Source: Selaginella moellendorffii | Lineage: Eukaryota > Plantae > Lycopodiophyta | DNA length: 64,000 nt | Direction: 5' to 3' | Assembly (NCBI RefSeq): GCF_000143415.4 | Contig: NW_003314275.1 | Coordinates: forward strand, 687,955 to 751,954 | In this document: in pieces, positions 1 to 12,165 of the stretch | Layout: each line of letters starts with the position of its first letter | How positions within the stretch are numbered: position 1 is the stretch's first letter | Translations under genes and position numbers: made by a program | Notes under the pieces: model-generated | Told to the model about the DNA's origin: nothing | What the model saw: the letters and a program-made list of their open reading frames with translations, nothing else | Databases searched by the model: none

Positions 1-349
1 CTTTGAAAAAAGAAACACACAGCTAATTCTTCCACATGCCGATTGCGTGAGTTTTGGCTAAAGGCCTTGATACTCTTTTGTCCTAGAGAACTATCACTCT
101 CGAAAAACAAAGAAAAACAAAGGGACAGCAAAAGAAAAGCCGTGTGATCTGCCTATCGTCAAATCATTCGAGAACCTTACCTGCATTTCATCGGCTGTTT
201 CTCGCTTCGTGGAATCAAGACAAACCAAGGAAGTTGAGTTTCGCAGAAAACAAAGAACAATGGTCCTTATTTTTATCCGATGATGATGCCTTTTTCGGTG
301 CAGGGTAGTCTAAAAACCAAAGGAGGTTTGTAAGTAACAGCAGCAGGCA

Positions 350-1381
350 ATGTTTCCAGCGGATGTAGAGGATAGGATTCTAGTGTTCTTGCATGTAAAA
401 GCTCTGCTGCGTGCAAGATCTGTGTGCCACAGGTGGAAAGTAGTGATTGACAGTAAGGAATTTGCGAAAGCCAAGGTAGAGACGTCCAGACAGCATCCAC
501 TCGTCCTTGAATGCACACAACATGTACAACGCCACTGCTTGTCCTTAAGGATCTACAATCCTTTCACTGGCGATGATGCAACTGTTTTGCCACTGCCAGA
601 TCCAGATTTTCTCCCCAACTGGGAGCCCGTTGCCTCTGCCGGTGGCCTGCTTTGTTTCTCCGACCGCTTTCTTTCTGGTGCACAAGAAGGGAAGTTTGGA
701 GTGTGGAATCCCCTCAAGCGTAACTCATTTGTCGAGCTGCCAGGTATATCGCCCATCAGATTCAAAGCAAACATGAAAGTCTCAGCTGACGACCTCTCCT
801 ACACGATCTACTCCCCAACAGGGGGGGGCATTGACGTGTTCGACTCGTTGACCTGGTCGTGGCGGCGCCACCAGGAGTACTCGCCGCCAGATGGCTGGGC
901 CTTGTGGATGAGGTCAGCGCCATACACATGGCTACTGGAGGGCAGCACTGCATACTTCGTCGGCGTGAAGGGTCAACAATTTGGCGTGATAGGCTGTGAG
1001 CTGGGATCAAATCGGTGTTGGATCGAGCATGAATGGAACATTGCTCCTGACAACATGGAGTTACTTCAGGCTATTGTACGGCATGACAATGGTGATATGA
1101 TCGTCTTTATTTCGGAGACAGGGTTTGTTTCAAGGCCCGGTAGTTTGGAGAGGGTGCACAATTTCGTTTGTCCTCAAGGATCGTTTCGAGGGGAATTAAT
1201 AACCGTCTTTACTGGGATACAACACAAGTCCCTCTACTTGTGTACAGGTTATTCCAGCTTTAGGAACCTAACATTTGATTACAGAAACAAAGAGTGGATA
1301 GAATCGATCAGACAAGTCAGGGAATTAGAATCGCATCCCAAGAGACGCTTTGTTTTACCTTATGTAGCCACTTTAATTTGA
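350..1381 (+). CDS. F-box protein with F-box-associated beta-rich C-terminal region (343 aa, single exon)
   Basis: N-terminal F-box motif FPADVEDRILVFLHVKALLRARSVCHRWKVVIDS, followed by the typical plant F-box segment VASAGGLLCF...VWNPL; ORF uninterrupted. Confidence 0.88.
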   Translation: MFPADVEDRILVFLHVKALLRARSVCHRWKVVIDSKEFAKAKVETSRQHPLVLECTQHVQRHCLSLRIYNPFTGDDATVLPLPDPDFLPNWEPVASAGGLLCFSDRFLSGAQEGKFGVWNPLKRNSFVELPGISPIRFKANMKVSADDLSYTIYSPTGGGIDVFDSLTWSWRRHQEYSPPDGWALWMRSAPYTWLLEGSTAYFVGVKGQQFGVIGCELGSNRCWIEHEWNIAPDNMELLQAIVRHDNGDMIVFISETGFVSRPGSLERVHNFVCPQGSFRGELITVFTGIQHKSLYLCTGYSSFRNLTFDYRNKEWIESIRQVRELESHPKRRFVLPYVATLI

Positions 1382-1699
1382 TTTTTGTTTACTTTATGAC
1401 TACATTTGTGATTGGCAATGTGAGACAGGGAGAAACTGAACAAACATCAACAAAGCTGTTCAAGATCTTTCACATCACATTTGATAATGGATGTTGCCAG
1501 AATCATTACAGAGTTGGATCGCTCTGCGTAGTAGCCGATACGGAAAGAAACAAGCATTTAACCCTGGTATGATGAACAAGCAAGGGTACAGACTTTTCCC
1601 GCCCGGACCTCACACCGCCTCCAAATTCCAATGGATAATTTCCCTCATCGACGGACGCCAGCCCCCATTCCAATCCGGCTAAATCCAGCTTGGGTTTGG

Positions 1700-2120
1700 T
1701 CCTTCCCTTGCCGCCCAGCGTTCTTTGGCACCCCAGGTATGGCTTCTTGCCTCGATTCGGTCCAATGTAGGGTACATTTCGATCTAATCTACTCGCAATC
1801 TACTAGCTCGATCGAGCGGAGTTTTTCCATCTTTCCTCGCCGCCAAGCGTTCTTCGATACTCCAGGTATGATTTCTTGCCTCGATCCGGTCCAATGTAGG
1901 CTACATTTCGATCTAATATCGCAATTTACTAGCTCCATCGATCGAAGCGAGGGTTTGCCAGTTCTTTCCTTGCCGTCAAGCGTATCCTGGTATGGTTTCT
2001 TGCCTCGAATCGGGATATAATATCGCAATCTACTAGCTCGATCAATTGAAGCACGGTTTTCCCAAGCGCCAAAGCTGTTCTTTCCCCGCTGCCAAGCATT
2101 CTTGGATACTCCAGGTATGT
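1700..2120 (+). repeat. Degenerate tandem repeat, ~3.5 copies of a ~130-bp unit
   Basis: Recurring cttgccgccaagcgttctt..actccaggtatg..ttcttgcctcgat..atcgcaatctactagctcgatc starting near 1705, 1835, 1965 and 2085. Confidence 0.8.
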
Positions 2121-2187
2121 TGTATGCATCCATCGATCGTAATATCCTCTGGAGATTCTCTAACGGAAACTGTGATTAGGTGGCAAG

Positions 2188-3264
2188 ATGAAGAGACCGC
2201 CGATGCGACACAAGGTAGAGCGACCGAAGAAAGTGATCATCGTTGAGGAAGGGATGGGGAGAAGATTTGTGAATCTCAAAGAAGTACCTACTGCTCCTCC
2301 GCTTGAGGTTCTTGTCATTCTCCAGANNNNNNNNNNNNNNNNNNNNNNNNNNNNNNNNNNNNNNNNNNNNNNNNNNNNNNNNNNNNNNNNNNNNNNNNNN
2401 NNNNNNNNNNNNNNNNNNNNNNNNNNATTCTTTCAGTTTTGGAGAGACGTACCACCAGCCGGGCACGAGTTTTGGGTGGCTTTGTGCGAGCTGGCTAAGT
2501 AAGTTATTGTTTCTTTTCTTCTTTGGTTTTGTTAGTAACTTTTGGCTTTTCCAGGTTTGTAAAGGAATATTTCGCGATGGAAGATTGTGCGATGACCACT
2601 GTTAGAGCGCAGGCTCCACTTGTACGAGGTGGAAGATTGTTTTGTAGTGTTTTTGAGACTAACCTTCACTTTTGCCAGGTTATATGGCAATGCTTCCAAA
2701 AGCTCTTGTCTCTCTTATGCAAGAAGCTAGATGCCGGGATAAGGAATTCTGGCCAGATGACTACAAGCTGGTTGACATTGCAAAACGGATGTGTGACAAA
2801 TATGATGCAATGATCCCCCCTGTAAGTCATTCTGATTTGATTTACTAAATGTCTTTTGTTTTTTTCTTTTGTTGTGTTTGTGCAGGAAATTGCTGTTCAG
2901 CCAAAACATGTGGAGGAGGAAGACTTCACAGCAAAAGAGTACCCCTACAGAGCTTGTAAGATACTTCGAGGTTTTCTGGGGGAGAGGACGATCCAGCTAC
3001 ATGTTCCACAACCGGAAACGGCTTTTTACGACGACAAGTATCATAACTGAATTGGGGTTGGGATCTAAGGCTTGGGTTTTTTTTTATGGAAGGTACCGCA
3101 CGACTACACCTCTAGAAGATTTCTCAGGTGTCCGGAATGAAGTACCGGTTGCTCTTAAGCTTGATGACGAGAATCTGGAAGCCTTGGAGGATCTCCTTAG
3201 TTATACAATATGGAGTTTCAGGGAGGGTCTTCCAATTTTGGTTCCACATCTTCACGCACTTTGA
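2188..3264 (+). CDS. Multi-exon hypothetical protein spanning the assembly gap
   Basis: ATG 2188; ORF pieces separated by short T-rich GT..AG introns (~2499-2554, ~2629-2678, ~2822-2885, ~3038-3092); stop TGA 3262-3264. No recognisable domain. Confidence 0.5.
2327..2426. other. Assembly gap (100 N)
   Basis: Exactly 100 N, a typical placeholder for a gap of unknown size. Confidence 0.99.
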
Positions 3265-4329
3265 GGTACTGTGGAATTCTAAAAGCTAGAAGTGGAATTC
3301 TAAAAGCTCTTTCTCTTTTTTTGAAGCAATGAAATTGAAGCATTGACCTCGAGGCGTTAGCATCTTGGGAAAACAAGCCGTGGAAAAAAAATCACATTTT
3401 AGAAGAGGGGCAGGTTAACTGCGGGAACGATAGTTCACACCAGTTGGAATTAAGTATCATATATATGGTACGAACATCACTGGCCTCTGGAGGTTTGGAT
3501 CAATTGTTTCTCTTAGTGGAAGCTACTAGTGATGCTAACCGGCCATCTACTGTAAGTGATGGTTTCTTTTGGTTTGCTTCTTTGTTTCTCCAGGCCCTTG
3601 CAAGCGTGAGTAATGGTTTCTTTCTCCATCACTGTTGGAAGCGTGAGATGGTTTATTTCTTTCCTTTTTCCTTGTTTTTCCTTCATCGATGGTTTGCTTC
3701 TTTAACATTGTTTCTCCAGGCTCTCAATTTGGTGTCACTCATTGTTGACAGCCCCAAAGACCAGCGAAACTGTAACGGACCTCTTAATAAGCAGTGCTAT
3801 CATCCTCCAGGAGGGAGATGGCAGCGGTGGTGCCATGGATCTCAAATTGTTGTTCTGAGCTTCCTAAAGTTCTAAATAAAAGCTTCCAGCGGGAAGGCTG
3901 CTCAAGACCTCAAGCATGAGTTTGAGGATGAGTATGATTTCCAAATTGGAAACACCACCTTTGGTTGTTCTAAAACTCCCTTTTCAATTGCAAGAAAAAG
4001 ACTTAGAACTGAAGAATTCGTTTTCTTTCCTGGTTTTGGGCTCTGTAATCGTTTTTTCAATAGCTGCGATCGATCCATAGGACGACCTCAAGAGAGAGAA
4101 CTGCCATTACTTAAAAAATATGTCTTGTATGTAACAGGTTATATGGAAAGGTGGCAAAGATTTGCCTTTTAGCGAACGAAGATCTGCTGAGGTATGTTCT
4201 TGTTGCTTTTATTTCCCTCAGACTAAAGGCCCCTCACTGAAAAAGCAAAAGGTAAAACAAAACGTTGAACCTGATTTCCAAACTTTGTTTATATTAGAAC
4301 AAATTCTTGAAACACTCTTCTAAAAAAAA

Positions 4330-5040
4330 ATCATATCACCATTCATCAAACTGTTGGACTGTGCCCTACGTTGGCAGTGCTGCCCTCCAATAGCCGCTGG
4401 CACCACAACCAGGTCAACGAGTCAAATAAAGTCAATCACCTCAAACCTCAATAGTTTTGTGAGAGAGTTTGAAGTTTGGGGTGAGCTTGGGACATAAAGC
4501 ATTGATCATAAAGCATGGCTGCAAAGAAGAAGGTGGTGTGGTGGAGCAAGATTTCCATTTTTGCATTCATGCTGCACTGCTAGACCATAAACAGCATATA
4601 GATAGATAAGTAGAGAGTTCTTCAGCTGAGACATCCATCTGTGATCTACCTGGCAGCACCACAAATGAGTTCCGCTTTAGGGGATTCCACACCGCAAACC
4701 TCCCGCTGTTTACACCCCTCGAGGCGGAGAAACAAAGCAGGCCACCGGCATAAGCAACGAGCTCCCAGTCCGGATCTTGCAAAACAGCTGTGCCGCTGCT
4801 ACTGAAAGGATCGTAGATCTTTAAGGACGACAAACAGTAGTGTTGGACATGATCTTGTGTGTATTCAAGAACGAGTGGATGCTGCCTCGAAATCTCTAGC
4901 CTGGCTTTGGCAAATTCCTCACTGTCAATCACTGCTCTCCATCTGTGGCACACAGATCTTGCGCGTAGCAGACTTCTTACATGCAAGAACATTAAAATCC
5001 TCTCCTCTACATGCTCTGGAAGCATACCAAAAGCTAGCAA
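4330..5040 (-). pseudogene. Truncated/deleted paralogue of the F-box gene at 350-1381
   Basis: LPEHVEERILMFLHVRSLLRARSVCHRW...SRQHPLVLE...GGLLCFS...VWNPLKRNSFV matches the first gene. 4330-4440 (minus) retains collapsed downstream pieces (gactcgttgacctgg, ggagggcagcactgc, atggtgatatga) joined by deletions. Confidence 0.85.
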
Positions 5041-5133
5041 CCCTGAGGCATATTCTAGGCATAATTATAATATTCCCTTCCATAGACAATTTTAGAATAT
5101 TCTTTTCAATGCTAAACCCTAAATCCTCGCAAA

Positions 5134-6584
5134 ATGGGGAGAAAGGGCACCGTGACGCCTCTGGCGGAGCTTCTCCCCGTGGGCGAGCTAGCGCAGGCCA
5201 GCGATCGCATCCAGGGCGCCATCCGCGAGCACGCCGACAAGCTCCAGCAGCTCCAATCTTTCGCCGACGACAACCGCGCCATCCACAAGCTCGTCCAGGA
5301 GCTCCCACACAATGTCGCTTACAATATCATGGTGTGTATCTCTTTTCCATCCATTTGACGATCCATCCATCCATCGCAGGTGCCGTTTGGAAAAGCAGCC
5401 TTCTTCCCCGGAAAGCTTGTTCATACCAATGAAATGCTGGTAAGAAATTCGCATTGCTATTTACACTTCTTTCTCCTTAGTCCAGGTTTTGCTCGGAGAA
5501 GGCTACTACGCAGAGCGATCCGCGAAGCAAACTCTGGAACTCCTAACGAGACGAGCAAAGTTTCTCGACTCCAACATCGAGAGCATCAACTCACAGATCG
5601 CTGACCTTCGAGCGGAGGCCACTTTCGCAAGCACTGCTGCCGAAGAAGCTGCTGTAAGTTTGTTTCTTCCTCTTCTATCTCTCACGCATTCGACAAATCC
5701 ACAACCGTGGTTAGGCTGGCGTAGTGGACATCAGAGAAGAATACGATGAAGAAATCGATGGTCCACCCCCCACTGCGGAGCAAAGTCTAGAAACCCAAGG
5801 TGTGAAGTTTACATGGATTTTTCCCGTAAGCGAGTTTACTGATTCATGATTTTGGAAGGGAAAAGGCCGCTGGGATCTGGTGAAGATCTCGAGCATGAGC
5901 GCTTGATGGCACGATTTTCGGAATTGGAAGCCGAAGAAGCGGCAGCAGCGGCTAAAGAATATGAGGATGAGTATGATCAAGATGGTTTTCTAGATGATGA
6001 CACTCTTGCGAAAATGGAAACACCATCTTCTGAACCGGAAGGACCTCCTGCCATCACAAATCCGGGCGATCTCGTAAACGTAAGTTTTTGAGCCTCGATT
6101 GTTTTGTTTTCGAACAGCCTCTGATAGAACTTCTCCTTTTTTTTGTCCAGTTTGAGATGTGGAAGCAAAAGACTTGGAACAAGACGTCTACGTCTACTCC
6201 AGATCGTCCCGAGAAGCGAAATCACGACAAGAAAGCGGAAAAGCGCGTCACTTTTGATCTTCCCGAGGCCGATATCGTCGACACGATGCACGAAACCGAA
6301 GGGAACAAGGCTATGGATCCACAGAGCCGACGAAGTTCCCAGCATGAGCCATCAAAGGTAAATTCGTAGAGCTTAAGAAAAAATCTCAAAAAGAAGTTTT
6401 TTGTTTCCAGGTATTTGGTTCTGTGATCGAACGAACACCAGGAGGTGCTGTTCTTGATACCAAGGTAAGCTTTAACATTTCTCTCAAGCGTCAACTTATA
6501 CAGCTACGATCAATCCAGGTACCCGAAAGCTCCTCCATGCCGGCAAGGCCAGTTTCAAGATTCAAGCAAAGACATGGTGGATGA
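5134..6584 (+). CDS. URI1: Unconventional prefoldin RPB5 interactor (URI/RMP/Bud27 family), 8 exons
   Basis: Exons 5134-5331, 5380-5439, 5486-5653, 5715-5799, 5859-6079, 6151-6357, 6411-6464, 6519-6584, all GT-AG. Alpha-prefoldin motif IMVPFGKAAFFPGKLVHTNEMLVLLGEGYYAERSAKQ, acidic middle region, FGSVIER and C-terminal URI-box-like PVSRFK. Confidence 0.9.
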
Positions 6585-7249
6585 AAATCTCTGCAAAGTA
6601 AGAGAGTGTAGTTGTTTTGGATAACGCGAAGAGAGAAAATTCCCGTATCTTCGTTTTCCCGATCCTTTCTTGCGCTTTTCCTTCGCTTCTTTCCCCTATT
6701 TCCCCCGCAGATTGATCGATATGCGCGTCGCCGCCATCGGCCGGATGCATTCCAAATCTCCGCGATTAATTCTCTCTCTTCGAGCTCACGCTCTCTAACT
6801 GCCCCATAGTGTTATGCTTCTGCAAGCATCCAAAATCAAGACTATACAACGGGAAACTGTGCAAGCTCCATCATCCATTCTCGCTGGGGCATTCCACATC
6901 AAGATTCAAATCAATGATATCCGAGGCCATAGTCACCACTTAAATCCTTTCAATACAGGACCTTGTTGGAATAGAGCATTATTATCAGACAAGTGATCAT
7001 CGATGTGAATTGCTGCGACAAGTTCTTTGGTGACTTGACGTTGATAAAGAATGTCAAATGCTGGAATTGGCGACCACAAGTAGCTTAAATTTCGTCGCGA
7101 GCAAAAAATTGTGAGTTTTTTCTCCTCTCCCTCTCCCTCTCCTCCTCTCCCTTTCCCCCTCCCTCTCTCAGGAATCCTAACCCTCACCACAACTTCCATT
7201 TCGCATGTAAAGCCAAGCTTGGCGTGGGACTTTTCCAACCCAGACTGAA

Positions 7250-8610
7250 AGGCTTAGCATGAGGCCTCACGTTAATTTAATAGCTCCTGCACCAAGCCAA
7301 AATTTAACGTGCAACTTCACACTAAGGCCATTATGTTGGACACTTAAGCGTGTGGCCTCACACCAAAGCCAGTCACTTCTCCTGAAACAGATAGTCATGG
7401 AAAAGTCTAAGCATGAGGCCTTGTGCTAAAGTCAGTCACCTTTCCTATTGCCATGAAAAAGTCTAAGCGTGAGGCCTTATGCTAAAGCTAGTCACCTTTT
7501 TTATTGCCATGAAAAAGTCTAAGTGTGAGGCCTTCTGCTAAAGCTAGTCACCTTTACTGAAACAATAGCCAGAAAAAATCTAGCATGAGGCATCGCACTA
7601 AAGCCAGTTACCTTTCCTGAAACTAATAGCGGGGAAAAATCTAAGCCTAAGGCCTCATGCTAAAGCCAGAATGAAAGTACAAAACAAAAAAATTCCTTAG
7701 CATGAGGGCTCGCACCAATGTTTTAACTTAAGGCCCTGCACTAAGTCTTTTGGTGAAGCCTTTAGCATGAGGCCTCATGCCAAGAAAAGCCTTCATTGCA
7801 TCAGCACACCTAAAACCCACCCACAAAAGTATGGTGTCCGACCTCACGTAAAAAACTTAGGATGAGCAAACATCTAAACATACAACCTTCCACTATTTCC
7901 CAGTCTTGCAAGTGTTTGGGGAGTAATCTTGTTCGAACATTTACCCCAAAGATGAATTAAGATTACTCACCTAGATACCTAAAGTAATAAGAAACAAATG
8001 CATATAAATGAATAGCATGAGGCCTCATGCCAAGAAAATGATTTTATCCCTCCATAATACCTTAATCCAATTTGCAAATGAATGGTGTCCAACTTCACAC
8101 AAAAACCTTAGTGTGATCACGCCAAGAAAAAAAGCCCACCCACCTCCTCTAGCCTAGTTTCTCGACAGAAATCTCCTTTGCATGCATGTTTATTGCACAA
8201 GTGAATAAGATTGTCACCAAGAAACTGGGAAAAATATCACAAGCAATCCTAAGTGTGAGGCCTTGTGCTAGTAACCTCTATCAACACATTGTGACTAGAC
8301 TCATGCTTAAGGATTAGTATAAAGCCTCATGCTAAAGTGCTAAAAGGATTTTGGTTAGTCTAGTTTCTTGATGGTAATCTTGCTTGAACATATGTCCATA
8401 GGATGAATAGGCAAGTAAAATTATTATCAAGGAATTGGCAAACACACCCCATCCATTCTTAGGTGTGAGGCCTTATGCTAATAACCTCCTATAGAATTGC
8501 CTCCACTACCCCTTTTATACACCCCATCCATTCTTGAGCCCTCATGCTATTAACCTCCTATAGAATTACTTCCATTACCCCTTTCACTTAGGGTGAGGCC
8601 TCACACTAGG
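7250..8610. repeat. Array of palindromic 22-bp motif (consensus TTAGCGTGAGGCCTCACGCTAA), ~58-60 bp period in the core
   Basis: At least 14 degenerate copies, near 7254, 7345, 7408, 7463, 7520, 7581, 7642, 7697, 7762, 8013, 8249, 8315, 8460 and 8589. Confidence 0.85.
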
Positions 8611-8735
8611 ATCCATTCTCTCCTATTTCAAAAATATTTTAAGTAATTCTAATAAGTTCTTTCATGTTTTTAGGCATAACAATCTAAAACACTTTTACAT
8701 GAGTTCATCAGAGTGAAAAAAGGCTGCAACTCCAC

Positions 8736-10373
8736 TATAAGTGACTAAATTTTCTATTTTACTTTAGTCACTTAACCACACATTTGACCACTTAACTACA
8801 CCTTCGACCACTTGGAAGAGTCTCACTTACAACCTCTATAAGTCTTATTCCGAACTTGGGGCTTATTAGCCCCGAGAATGACATCCTTGTCACTCAACTT
8901 TTGCACTTGGTCCAAGTGCTCCACATATCCGATCCCATGACCGACACCCAAAAAAACCATTGATATATCAACCTATTATGCTAAGGCCATTCCCATTCAC
9001 CTTTATCACACTAGTGATCCAACACCATCTACATCACAATCCTATCTCTCAAAGTCGAATGAGTGATCATCCTAAATCCACTCTTTAGCATCCTTAGGAT
9101 GCCTGCAAACATGGGGAGTATCCTTCCCCAATATCTCTTTTTTGATCCCCACTAAATCCCTTTTTATCCATGGCCATGTTCACCAATATTGTCACTAGGT
9201 CAAGGCTTACAGACTCGACCACTAAGTCTCATTATCCTCTGGGACTTCTTCACCATGTGACCATATCCTTGGTCACTACACCAAAAGATTGCTCTTTTTC
9301 CTTTCCACAGTCTGGGGCTTTGGGACAACATTTCAGAACATCATGGCCCTACGCAAGCCTCATGGGTACTTTCCCCACTTTCTGCCTTTGGGTGCTTTAT
9401 CCATGGGGCTAGAGCAAAGTTCTGTTGAGCCACGCCAGGTATCCAAGCAAGTAATGCCACCCATGCTTGGATTGGGAGCATCGACCATTCAATCTCCTAA
9501 AGGAGCTAGAGCCAGCTTTTGAACACTTCACCAAGCTACCTTGCTTGTCTGTTTGTATTCACTTTAACTTTAGACTCTTCAGTGGATATATCATCACCCA
9601 ACACATGGGCATAGCCTTCTTCGGTCACACTAGCCTTTCCTAGCCAAATTGGATCCACTAGGGTTCAACCCCCACACTCTCCCTACTATACTTTTGGAAC
9701 CCTTTGCACCCACCCACCCACCCTTTCCCCCCCTTAGGGGATGATCGCTTTAGGCTTTCACCCAACAGTCTGTATTAGTATTCAGACTTGGACTTGGACT
9801 TGGACTTGGATTTGGACTCAGTTTTGGACTTGGTCTTGGTCTTGGTCTCGGTCTCAGTCTTGGTCTCGGTCTCAGTCTTGGTCTCGGTCTCAGTCTTGAT
9901 CTTAGTCTCAGTCTTGGTTCCATTTCGGATTCCATCCCGGATTCCATCCCGGACTCTATCTTGGATTCCATCCCAGACTTCATCTCGGACTCCATTTCAG
10001 GTCCATCTTGGACTCCATCTTCAGTCCATCTCAGATTCCATCTCGGGTCCATCTTGGGTCCATCTCGGACTCCATCTTGGACTCCATCTCAAACTCCATC
10101 TCGGATCCATCTCGGACTCCATCTCAGACTCTTTCTCGGACTCTTCCACATGTTATGTGTTGGTCCTCTTGTGTCTCTTTTTTATAAACTCACTTATTGT
10201 TTGCTTCGTGCTCGTTCCTCGAACACCTTTTTAGGAGTTCCACTCTCGCTCTTGACTTTTCGAGTCAGAGTTTTTAATCCAAATGTGTTACACTCATTTA
10301 GCTTCCGCCTTAACCACTACTATGTGGCACCCTTTTGGCTCTTCTTTGGGGCTTAGGGATTTTGTGTCTCACA
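8736..10373 (-). mobile_element. Solo LTR, family 1 (reverse-complement copy of 16144-17806; strand given relative to that copy)
   Basis: Ends tataagtgac...tgtctcaca; 5-bp TSD TCCAC at 8731-8735 and 10374-10378; contains the hexamer array at ~9785-10145. Confidence 0.92.
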
Positions 10374-10378
10374 TCCAC

Positions 10379-12165
10379 ACTACCACAGAAGTGAACATTG
10401 GAGATACAAGATGACGATCTAGTGTTTGTGGATCTCACCAACCCAAACAGTCCAACAGTCTATGGGATTGTCATCAAAGAAAAGGAGATTCTTGACAAAG
10501 ACATAAACAAGGAAGGAGGGCCATTTATACAGAGCTTCAAAAGACATTCATTAGGAATATCATTCAAGACTCAGAGTTTATTCTATCAACTACAATATAG
10601 CCTGTAGAGAAAGGAATCCTTACAACCTTCACTGCTTACAGAATCCTCATGGACAGATAAGACAGATAACCTTATCAAGGGCATTGTTGTTATGGACAGT
10701 CAACAATAGGATTCTAACTGAGAGACTTTTTGATCAGAGAGAAACAGAAGAATTGGAGCATCCATTCCATGACCTCTCCAACTACAATCCAAATGATGGA
10801 CATAAGGTAGATCAGGTTGTTGACGATAAACATACCTTAAGCAATACATACTCATTAACATCAACATCCAATGATCAAGAGAGTGAGTGCGATGAAGACA
10901 AAAGAGATGATGGCATCCAAGAAAAAGATAAGGTACAACACAATGATAATGAAGAGAATAATAGTAAGGCAAAAGGTGACAAAATTAGTGATGAAATTCA
11001 AGACAAGAGTCCTTCCTCATCATGAAAAGAAGAAGAAGATGATAATGAACCACCACAAAAGAGGGTTAGATGTGAACTTTGGAGCAAGGTTGCAAGCAAT
11101 AGTGCAGGGATGAGTCGGGGACAAATGCCTCCATACAAAGCAAGAAGAAAAAGTGTCACGCAATAAATAAACCAAGAGACGGTAGAAATGAAGGCTCCAA
11201 AGAGAGGAGCGAAAGGGTGAAATATGACAGCACAGTTATAACAAGAGGGGTGAAAAAAAAAGATCAATGTCAATTGGACACCCTTGTTGAGGTACAAGCA
11301 CTACTACTTCAATGATCAAACAATCTACAAACTTCCAATGTCTCGGTGCATCATTGATGTAGACTACAATTGCTACGTGATTGTACAGGAGAACTCAATG
11401 GATCTAGGTGATGCAATCTTAATCACTATGGATGAGGATGGTTGGACATTTGTCAAAAGGATAGGCAAGGAAAAAACAAAAAATCCAACAATCAAATTCA
11501 TCATCATGTCTAGGTAGCACTTGACAAAAGCAATGCAAGAGATCTCTTTTGACCTGATATAGATGAAGGAGATGCAGGCAAAATTCTCAATGTAATACTT
11601 CTAAATCATGAAGGGATCAACACCATAGGATACCATCATTGAGATATCTGATCATGTGAACACAAAGGCAAAGAACCAGCACAAGAGTAGCCTCAATAAC
11701 AAGCTTATACATAGTCACCACCACTAGGAGAGACTCAGGAAACTTGCCAAGAAAAAGCACAGACAAAGTGAATCAACCAAATTCGAGGTTAACTTTTTGT
11801 CTTTGCCCTTAGTGTGAGGTCACAAGCTAATATTGTCCACAAAAATATCTTTCTTTATTTAAGATATATAGCCTCCTCATAGTTAAGTGTTATATTAGCT
11901 TCAAGGACAAGGACAAAGAAAAGCTATTACTCCAGCCAAGTGCAACAAAGTTTCTATTGCATATGCACAATTTGTTAGATCAATACAATATGACATTGGC
12001 CCTTTAGATAAGCTCTTGAGATTTTAACCTTGAATATGCTTTGGGGAGGCTTGGTGTGCTAACAAACTTTTGATATAAAATGCATGATGAAGACATTTGC
12101 AATGAGCTTGGTCAAATTATACTAGAGAAATCTTTCAAAAATGTCAAGCTCAAGATGGAAGAAAT
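10379..12165 (+). pseudogene. Decayed A-rich coding-like sequence (host of the LTR insertions; possibly DNA-transposon derived)
   Basis: Stop-interrupted ORF pieces. The reading frame continues across both insertions (..KKGCNST|LPQK*TLEIQDDDLVFV.. and ..KLKMEE|MVLKLHLDINEFEVFILND at 18148+). Family not recognised. Confidence 0.4.

Noticed and set aside
7250-7800. CRISPR-like array (palindromic repeats at regular spacing)
   Set aside because: Spacers are similar to each other, repeats are degenerate, there are no cas genes, and the context is eukaryotic.
10379-12165. Endogenous giant-virus insertion
   Set aside because: No viral hallmark motifs; only AT-rich decayed ORF pieces.
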